From IMG/VR virus record IMGVR_UViG_2721755711_000002: a stretch of 64,000 nucleotides of DNA, one strand, 5' to 3'. The stretch comes from a virus. Its lineage: Duplodnaviria; Heunggongvirae; Uroviricota; Caudoviricetes. The first letter of the stretch is position 1. Every line of letters starts with the position of its first letter. The notes beneath the pieces are model-generated. The model searched no databases and was not told where the DNA came from. It saw only the letters and a program-made list of their open reading frames with translations. Positions 57,471 through 64,000 of this stretch are shown here, piece by piece. The translations under genes and the position numbers were made by a program.

Positions 57471-57640
57471 CAACCAACTCCCCGCCCCACAGAACGCAGG
57501 GCAATACTTCGAGTTACCAGGCAGTGGTCAGGGGTTAAGTAGCCAGCCCGAGGCGTAAGAACATGACGGCAGGGTTCAACTTTAACTATGCAGCAGGTTT
57601 TTGTTCCGCCACCCCGGCGTTAAAGGGAAATGAGGTCAGC

Positions 57641-57793
57641 ATGGATACTATCGATCTTGGCAACAACAAATCTCTGGTATACGGCGTGTTTCCAAACCAG
57701 GACGGTACGTTCACCGCGATGACGTATACCAAAAGCAAAACGTTTAAAACCGAAGCTGGCGCGCGTCGCTGGTTAGCCAGAAATACTGACTGA
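57641..57793 (+). CDS. Small early protein
   Basis: 50 aa from M27 of ORF 57563..57793; first gene after pL-like promoter. Confidence 0.3.
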   Translation: MDTIDLGNNKSLVYGVFPNQDGTFTAMTYTKSKTFKTEAGARRWLARNTD

Positions 57794-57804
57794 TGAGGTT
57801 AACG

Positions 57805-58440
57805 ATGGAATTTAAAGACTTACCGCTATCAATCCAGGAGATTGCAGCACACACACTACGTCAACATCTGAACGAAGCTATGGCTGAATCTGCAAAGAAA
57901 GAAACCATTGATAACATGGCTCGTAATGTGCACGATGCGTTTACCGGATTGTATTTCTGTGCGTCTGTAAATAAACACGACCCAGAGAGTGTGGCAAAGA
58001 AAATTGCAGAAACGACAGTGCAAAACATCAATACGAAACAAACCGAAGACGAAATTGACCAGCCTGCCAGTGAACAAAAGAAAGAAAAATCGCCATATGC
58101 GGGGAACATGTTTGTTTATGACAAACTTATCCGAATTCGTGGCGAAATTCCGACTGAATACCTGGCAAAAATTCACCAGGCATTACTTAAAAATCTGGAA
58201 ACGGAAGTATTTGATGGCAACACCAACGGCTCCTTCGTGGTGTCAGCCCTCACAAAAGAGTGGGATACAGATAATCGCCGGAATGTTGCTACATGGTTAT
58301 TCAGCAACAAAGCTGCTGCCCTGGAAGCTGCGGCCTGTATTTGCGACCTGCTAAGGACAGACCGCAAATACAACCTGGATGTGTATAGCTATATTTATGC
58401 TGAACACTATCCGCTCTGGATTGACTGGTTTAAAGGGTAA
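57805..58440 (+). CDS. Hypothetical early protein
   Basis: ~211 aa. Confidence 0.35.
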   Translation: MEFKDLPLSIQEIAAHTLRQHLNEAMAESAKKETIDNMARNVHDAFTGLYFCASVNKHDPESVAKKIAETTVQNINTKQTEDEIDQPASEQKKEKSPYAGNMFVYDKLIRIRGEIPTEYLAKIHQALLKNLETEVFDGNTNGSFVVSALTKEWDTDNRRNVATWLFSNKAAALEAAACICDLLRTDRKYNLDVYSYIYAEHYPLWIDWFKG

Positions 58441-58602
58441 CACCTGCGGGACCGAGCCGACCAGCACCACGATTATTTTATCCTCCATTAAGGGGTGAAT
58501 TAAAAATGGAGACCAACACGCTGCTACGTGTGGTCGTGCGCCGGACACGGATAACCTTCCGGCATGCTCTTTAACAATCTGGATATCCACAACAGCAATA
58601 AC

Positions 58603-59121
58603 CTACGGATTGCTGCTCAATGCTCTACCTATCTCTTCTTCAGATGGGGGCGGTATATAGTCATCATTGCGTTCAAATTTAAAGCGCGAATCACATTTCA
58701 GGCATTTAGAAATATGGAACTTATCATGCTCACCAATTTCAACAGGTTGAAGTATTGCTATTACACCATGCTGATAGCAATTGGGACAGGCATAGTAAAA
58801 ACATGTGTCTTCTTCGTCGAGGCTGTTCCTGAAAGCATAGACAAAATGCCCAAAACCAGTTTTGTGTATCGTATAGCATTCAAGTTTTCGATTACGCTCG
58901 TCAATTTCATGACATTTTTGCTTAAGCAAGAGTATTTCCTCGTACTGAAGCGCGAGCGTTTTCGCTAGCTCTGCGTTCTGTATTTGTAAGTCTGCCAGTT
59001 GGCGACGCATTTCGTAGACAGCCTTTTCACGTTCAGATTGGCTTTTTGCATCAAGTATTACCTGTAATAAATCAATCGAGACTTTAATTGCCGTTATTGA
59101 TGAAGTTATTCCAGATAGCAT
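58603..59121 (-). CDS. Coiled-coil protein with C-terminal Cys-rich zinc-finger-like motifs (cargo gene, opposite strand)
   Basis: CPNC...CLKC motifs; AT-rich; antisense to early operon; start uncertain. Confidence 0.35.
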   Translation of the reverse strand: MLSGITSSITAIKVSIDLLQVILDAKSQSEREKAVYEMRRQLADLQIQNAELAKTLALQYEEILLLKQKCHEIDERNRKLECYTIHKTGFGHFVYAFRNSLDEEDTCFYYACPNCYQHGVIAILQPVEIGEHDKFHISKCLKCDSRFKFERNDDYIPPPSEEEIGRALSSNP

Positions 59122-59656
59122 TCTTAACTCTCTTTGTTGTTGGGGTATCCGGATTATACAAATTTCTTGTCGTTGGGGAATGACGGAAACCACCTCGCCT
59201 GACGTGGTTAAAAGCAGGCACACAACGCGAAAGCGCACGGCGAAGGTTTCTTTTCCTTAGAAGGCTTGTCGTTAGATTTCTTCGACCGTGCACTTCCGGT
59301 TGTGGCAATCCGCGAAATGGCGCGGCGGTAAGTATGGCGGGTTATCCTTACCCCCATTGTGGCACCGGGTTGGCAGGTTGACCATACGCTTAAGTGACAA
59401 CCCCGCTACAACACTCCATGTTGATTTGTACCTTTGGCGGCATCAGTTTCATTGCTGGCTGATGTCCGCCCTTTTTAAAGTGAATTTTGTGATGCGGTGA
59501 ATGCGGCTCAGCGCACGCGGAACAGTTAAAAAGCGATTAGTTCCCCCGTATCGGGTGTTTATGGGTTCCCTGTATCCGGCGTTAATTGTTAACTGGTTAA
59601 CGTCACCTGGAGGCACCAGGCACCGCATCACAAAATTCATTGTTGAGGACGCGATA

Positions 59657-59845
59657 ATGGAAACGTTATTACTCAATTCCACTACGCCTGAAACTCGTTT
59701 TGAAATTGGCGTTATCACTGGCGATAAAACTTTTATTGAGGATGCCATTAACCAGATAAAGCATGAGCCGGATTCATTAAATAAGGTTTGCATTGTTTCA
59801 ATGATGGCCCGTTCACGCCTGATGCAAAAAGGATACTGGCAATGA
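59657..59845 (+). CDS. Small hypothetical protein
   Basis: 62 aa; RBS gagga. Confidence 0.3.
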   Translation: METLLLNSTTPETRFEIGVITGDKTFIEDAINQIKHEPDSLNKVCIVSMMARSRLMQKGYWQ

Positions 59846-60045
59846 ATACCACATTTGCACTTGTTCTGACGGTTTTTCTTGTTTCCGGTGAACCAGTTGA
59901 CATGGTTACTGGCGTATACAGCTCAATGAAAGAATGCATGGCTGCCGCAGATGAACAGAAAATTCCCGGTAACTGTTATCCGGTCGATAAAGTTATTCGC
60001 ATGGATAATAACGAAGTCCCGGCAGGACTTAAAACAGCACCGTAA
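59842..60045 (+). CDS. Small secreted/membrane protein
   Basis: N-terminal hydrophobic segment; ATGA coupling to upstream ORF. Confidence 0.35.
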   Translation: MNTTFALVLTVFLVSGEPVDMVTGVYSSMKECMAAADEQKIPGNCYPVDKVIRMDNNEVPAGLKTAP

Positions 60046-60122
60046 TTAATATCCGGTTTCATTTTTATATGTCAGAAATGGCAGGGATTTGTTCACCCTA
60101 AAAATAGTTACGAGGTTTATCA

Positions 60123-62579
60123 ATGAGCGCTGATAAAGAAGAAATTGCACTATATTACGAAGCCAAAAATGACAAAGTCAGAAAACGCCTTGGGATTAAA
60201 GGCGGTTTTTACTGGCGCACAGCAAAAAAATTATCGGTTGCAATATCACGCGGTGTTGTCGCAATGGACGATGCCGGATTTGACGAAGAGGATTTTAAAA
60301 AACCTGTTCGCGTCCATTTACCCATTGTGAATGACCTTCCTCCGGAAGGCGTGTTTGATACCGAATTCTGCAATCGATACGAAAAAGGCGGGGAAGATGG
60401 TATAACAATGGTATTTATTGAGACATCTCACTCTGCGCAGGACAAACCAGCCAGCACTGACAATACCAACGTCAACGGCGAAGACATGACGGAGATTGAG
60501 GAGAACATGCTCCTGCCGGTTTCAGGTCAGATTCTGCCTGTTCGATGGCTGGCACAGCACGGCAGCGAAAAACCGATCACACACGTTTCGCGGGACGAAC
60601 TGCGCGCATTACATAACGCACAGGATGAAAAACTTCCCGCCGTTACCGCTCTGGCCATCTCAAATAAAGCAGCGCAACTCGAACCGCTGGAAATTCGCGA
60701 TCTCCACAAACTGGTTCGTGACACGGACAAAGTTTTCCCTAATCCTGGTAATTCAGACCTGGGACTGATGACTGCTTTTTTCGAAGCATACCTGGGCGCT
60801 GACTACACCGATCGCGGTCTGCTGACAAAAGAGTGGATGAAAGGAAATCGTGTTTCACGCATTACCCGCACGGCTTCCGGTGCTAATGCCGGTGGAGGAA
60901 ACAAAACCGATCGCAATCCTAATTTAGTACACACCTTCGATACGCTGGATGTGGAGATTGCAGCGGCCACACTTCCGATGGATTTTAATATTTATGAAAT
61001 TCCGGGCAGCGTTTATCGTCGCGCAAAAGAAGTCGTCCGGAAGAAAGAAAGCCCGTTCAAAGAATGGTCCGCAGCACTTCGCGCAATCCCGGGTATCCTG
61101 GATTATTCCCGCGCCGCTATTTTTGCGCTTATCCGGAGCGCACACCCTGAATTTTATCATTACCCGGGACGCCTTCAGGGGTATATCAACGCCTACTTAA
61201 CGGAGACTGATCACGAGAACCCCAGCAAGGAAACTCTCACTGCTGCACGACATACACCGGAAAAAGATATCCTGGAAGAAGTTAACCGCGAGCTGGCTGC
61301 CGGGCAAGAAACAGAAGAAGAAAAAAATGATGAAGAAAAACCGCAACCGTCTGGCGTACTGGCAGATGAACAGGCAACGGCTGAAACAATGGAACCGGAT
61401 ACAACTGAACATCGCCAGGACACGCAATCGCTGGATACTCAGGAACAGGTAGATCCAGTTAATCAGGTGAAAGTTACCGCTGACGAAGTAAACAAAATTA
61501 TGCAGGCAGCCAATATCGGCCAGCCTGACGCCGATAAGTTGCTTGCGGCCTCTCGCGGTGAATTTGTTGCAGGGATTAGCGACCCGAATGATCCGAAATG
61601 GGTGAAGGGGATTGAAACCCGCGATTCAGTGAATCAGAACCAGCAAGAAACGGAACAGAACGACCAGAAAGCGGAACAAAACAGCCCAAATGCGTTACAA
61701 AACGAGCCAGAAACGAAACAACATGAACCAGCAGCGCAACAGGAACCGGAAAAAGCCTGCACCGTCTGCGGTCAGACCGGCAGCGGCAACTTCCCTGATT
61801 GTGGCGCGGTGATGGGCGACGCAACATACCTGGAAACATTCGATGAAGAGAATCAGGTTGAAGTTCAGGAAAATGATCCGGAGGAAATGGAAGGCGCTGA
61901 ACATCCACACAAGGAGAATGCTGGCAGCGCTCAGGACCACGCCAGCGATAATGAAACTGGCGAGGCGGCAGATCACTCAATTAAGGTGAACGGTCATCAC
62001 GAAATCACATCCACCAGCAGGACGTGTGACCATCTCATGATCGACCTCGAAACCATGGGAAAAAATCCTGATGCCCCGATTATCTCAATAGGTGCAATAT
62101 TTTTCGATCCGCAAACCGGAGATATGGGACCGGAATTTAGTAAGACTATCGATCTGGAAACTGCTGGCGGAGTCATTGATCGGGACACCATTAAATGGTG
62201 GCTGAAGCAATCACGCGAAGCGCAATCTGCCATTATGACCGATGAAATCCCGTTAGATGATGCACTGTTACAATTGCGAGAATTTATCGACGAAAACTCC
62301 GGTGAATTTTTTGTTCAGGTCTGGGGAAATGGAGCCAACTTCGACAACACGATTTTGCGCCGTTCATACGAACGGCAGGGGATCCCCTGCCCGTGGCGTT
62401 ACTACAACGATCGCGATGTACGCACAATTCTTGAACTGGAAAAAGCCATAGACTTCGATGCCAGAACGGCTATTCCATTCGAAGGCGTACCCCACAATGC
62501 GCTGGACGATGCCCGTCACCAGGCAAAACAAGTTTCAGCTATCTGGCAAAAACTGATCCCGAGTCAGGCTGATTTTTAA
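60123..62579 (+). CDS. Large early protein, RecE-like N-terminal region with C-terminal DEDDh-type 3'-5' exonuclease-like domain
   Basis: 818 aa; C-terminal motifs [25 protein letters not shown]; N-terminal block [17 protein letters not shown]...[10 protein letters not shown] resembles RecE as recalled. Confidence 0.5.
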   Translation: MSADKEEIALYYEAKNDKVRKRLGIKGGFYWRTAKKLSVAISRGVVAMDDAGFDEEDFKKPVRVHLPIVNDLPPEGVFDTEFCNRYEKGGEDGITMVFIETSHSAQDKPASTDNTNVNGEDMTEIEENMLLPVSGQILPVRWLAQHGSEKPITHVSRDELRALHNAQDEKLPAVTALAISNKAAQLEPLEIRDLHKLVRDTDKVFPNPGNSDLGLMTAFFEAYLGADYTDRGLLTKEWMKGNRVSRITRTASGANAGGGNKTDRNPNLVHTFDTLDVEIAAATLPMDFNIYEIPGSVYRRAKEVVRKKESPFKEWSAALRAIPGILDYSRAAIFALIRSAHPEFYHYPGRLQGYINAYLTETDHENPSKETLTAARHTPEKDILEEVNRELAAGQETEEEKNDEEKPQPSGVLADEQATAETMEPDTTEHRQDTQSLDTQEQVDPVNQVKVTADEVNKIMQAANIGQPDADKLLAASRGEFVAGISDPNDPKWVKGIETRDSVNQNQQETEQNDQKAEQNSPNALQNEPETKQHEPAAQQEPEKACTVCGQTGSGNFPDCGAVMGDATYLETFDEENQVEVQENDPEEMEGAEHPHKENAGSAQDHASDNETGEAADHSIKVNGHHEITSTSRTCDHLMIDLETMGKNPDAPIISIGAIFFDPQTGDMGPEFSKTIDLETAGGVIDRDTIKWWLKQSREAQSAIMTDEIPLDDALLQLREFIDENSGEFFVQVWGNGANFDNTILRRSYERQGIPCPWRYYNDRDVRTILELEKAIDFDARTAIPFEGVPHNALDDARHQAKQVSAIWQKLIPSQADF

Positions 62580-62643
62580 TGTTCAACCCCGGTCGTCGCC
62601 CACCAGCTATAGTGGTGGCGACCATGATTAGCGAACGACGCTC

Positions 62644-62892
62644 ATGGCAAGACTTATTCTGCTCACTGAGTGGGCAAAAGAGGAATTCAGCGATCCGGTC
62701 CCGACTCCGGGCACGTTAAGTAAATACGCTAAAGCCGGAATGATATTTCCTCTCCCCAAAAAAGTTGGAAGACACTGGCGAGTGGATCCACGAGCTCGCT
62801 TTGTCGGAATGGTAAACAAGCCGGAGGTGATCGCCACAGATCACCCTGCTTTGAAGAGGATACTGGAAGATGGCGCGCCCGCGAAAATATAA
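62644..62892 (+). CDS. xis: Excisionase (Xis-like)
   Basis: 82 aa immediately upstream of and overlapping int; LTEW...FPLP pattern like lambda Xis. Confidence 0.55.
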   Translation: MARLILLTEWAKEEFSDPVPTPGTLSKYAKAGMIFPLPKKVGRHWRVDPRARFVGMVNKPEVIATDHPALKRILEDGAPAKI

Positions 62893-64000
62893 AACCGAAG
62901 TTCCGGGACTATCTCCGTATTTTGACAAAAGAAATAACAAAGTTTACTGGCGTTACAGGCATCCCATAACAGGCAAAAATCACGGTCTCGGCAGTATTGA
63001 CCAGAAACTGGCAGAAACTATTGCAGCAGAAGCGAACAGCCGTCTTGCCAGGCAGCAAATGGAACAAATGCTCAGTCTGCAGGAGAAAATTATTAATGAT
63101 ACCGGCGGTTCATCAACCGTTTCCATTTTTCTGAATAATTACAGAAAAATTCAACAGGAAAGATATGAAAACGGAGAGATCAAACTCAACACGCTGAAAC
63201 AAAAAGCGGCCCCTCTCAGGGTATTTGATGAACGTTTTGGCACCAGACCGTTAGATGCCATAACTGTAAAAGATGTGGTATCGGTGCTGGAAGAGTACAA
63301 GGCCAGAGGACATAACAGAATGGGGCAAATTTTCAGGAAGGTACTGATCGATGTTTTCCGGGAAGCTCAGCAAACAGGCGATGTTCCGCCAGGCTTTAAC
63401 CCTGCAGAATCGGCAAAAAAACCGCAGGTGCGGATATCAAGACAGCGACTGACTTTTGATGAGTGGATGATGATTTATAACGCAGCGGAAAAGGATGGTT
63501 ACTTTTTACAGCGCGGCATGCTGCTGGCACTGATGACAGGCCAGCGCCTTTCAGATATTTGCAAAATGCAATTTTCGGATATCCGGGATGGTTATCTTCA
63601 TGTCGAACAGCAAAAAACAGGAACCCGGATTGCCATCCCTCTTGCTCTGCGTTGCAATAAATTAAATCTCACCCTGGATGATGTGGTGTCATCCTGTCGC
63701 GATTGCGTTCTTAGTCCGTGGCTATTGCACCACCATCATGCGAAAGGGACAGCCAAGCGCGGCGGGATGGTTAAGCCAGCAACGTTAACAGTTGCATTTA
63801 AAAAAGCGCGGGATTCTGTAGATTACAACTGGTGCGCTAATGGTACCCCACCCTCTTTCCATGAACAGCGATCATTGTCGGAGCGCTTGTTCAGGGAGCA
63901 AGGGATCGACACCCAAATTTTGCTGGGCCATTCGAATCAAAAAATGACCGATATTTACAACGATGCACGTGGTAAGGAGTGGAAAAAACTGGTCATTTGA
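62870..64000 (+). CDS. int: Tyrosine integrase, lambda Int family
   Basis: Strong similarity to lambda Int including C-terminal LLGHSNQKMTDIYNDARGKEWKK; stop at window end. Confidence 0.9.
   Translation: MARPRKYKTEVPGLSPYFDKRNNKVYWRYRHPITGKNHGLGSIDQKLAETIAAEANSRLARQQMEQMLSLQEKIINDTGGSSTVSIFLNNYRKIQQERYENGEIKLNTLKQKAAPLRVFDERFGTRPLDAITVKDVVSVLEEYKARGHNRMGQIFRKVLIDVFREAQQTGDVPPGFNPAESAKKPQVRISRQRLTFDEWMMIYNAAEKDGYFLQRGMLLALMTGQRLSDICKMQFSDIRDGYLHVEQQKTGTRIAIPLALRCNKLNLTLDDVVSSCRDCVLSPWLLHHHHAKGTAKRGGMVKPATLTVAFKKARDSVDYNWCANGTPPSFHEQRSLSERLFREQGIDTQILLGHSNQKMTDIYNDARGKEWKKLVI

Larger units (their letters stand above)
13980..64000. mobile_element. Prophage B: lambdoid prophage with int-xis at right edge, then early, immunity, replication, nin, Q, cargo, lysis, packaging, head, contractile tail and tail fibre on - strand
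   Basis: Lambda-like gene order read right to left; int ends at window edge so att and right boundary lie outside. Confidence 0.75.

Noticed and set aside
1-64000. CRISPR array, reverse transcriptase or retron, integron or IS element
   Set aside because: No direct-repeat/spacer array, RT motif or transposase-like ORF was seen on either strand.

Overview
The window is almost entirely prophage DNA, probably from an E. coli-like enterobacterium (inferred from protein similarity to lambda E/FI/FII/O/Int, P2 tail proteins, Hok/Gef and a glyT-like tRNA). All calls rest on reading the six-frame translations and the sequence by eye; no database search was run. Two different virion gene sets meet tail-to-tail at a palindromic junction near 14.0 kb. 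Left (1-14015, + strand): lambda-type major capsid, FI, FII, then a P2-type contractile-tail operon (V-W-J-I-H-tfa, sheath, tube, E with a -1 frameshift extension, tape measure, U, X, D) ending in a truncated side-tail-fibre N-terminal gene. Right (13980-64000): a complete-looking lambdoid prophage, mostly on the - strand: int/xis at the right edge, a RecE-like early protein, repressor/cro switch with a higBA module beside it, O-like replication gene, nin region (DUF4406, DUF968, RusA, hok), Q-like gene, a cargo block between Q and lysis, lysis cassette, ParB-like nuclease, terminase, portal, head, Mu-like contractile tail and tail fibre. The most unusual features are the junction itself (two convergent, diverged stf N-terminal paralogs ending in a 35-bp perfect inverted repeat around an 8-bp spacer), a ~400-bp inverted repeat shared by the two tail-fibre genes, and several cargo islands that could carry defence or DNA-modification functions. 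No CRISPR array, invertase or reverse transcriptase was seen.
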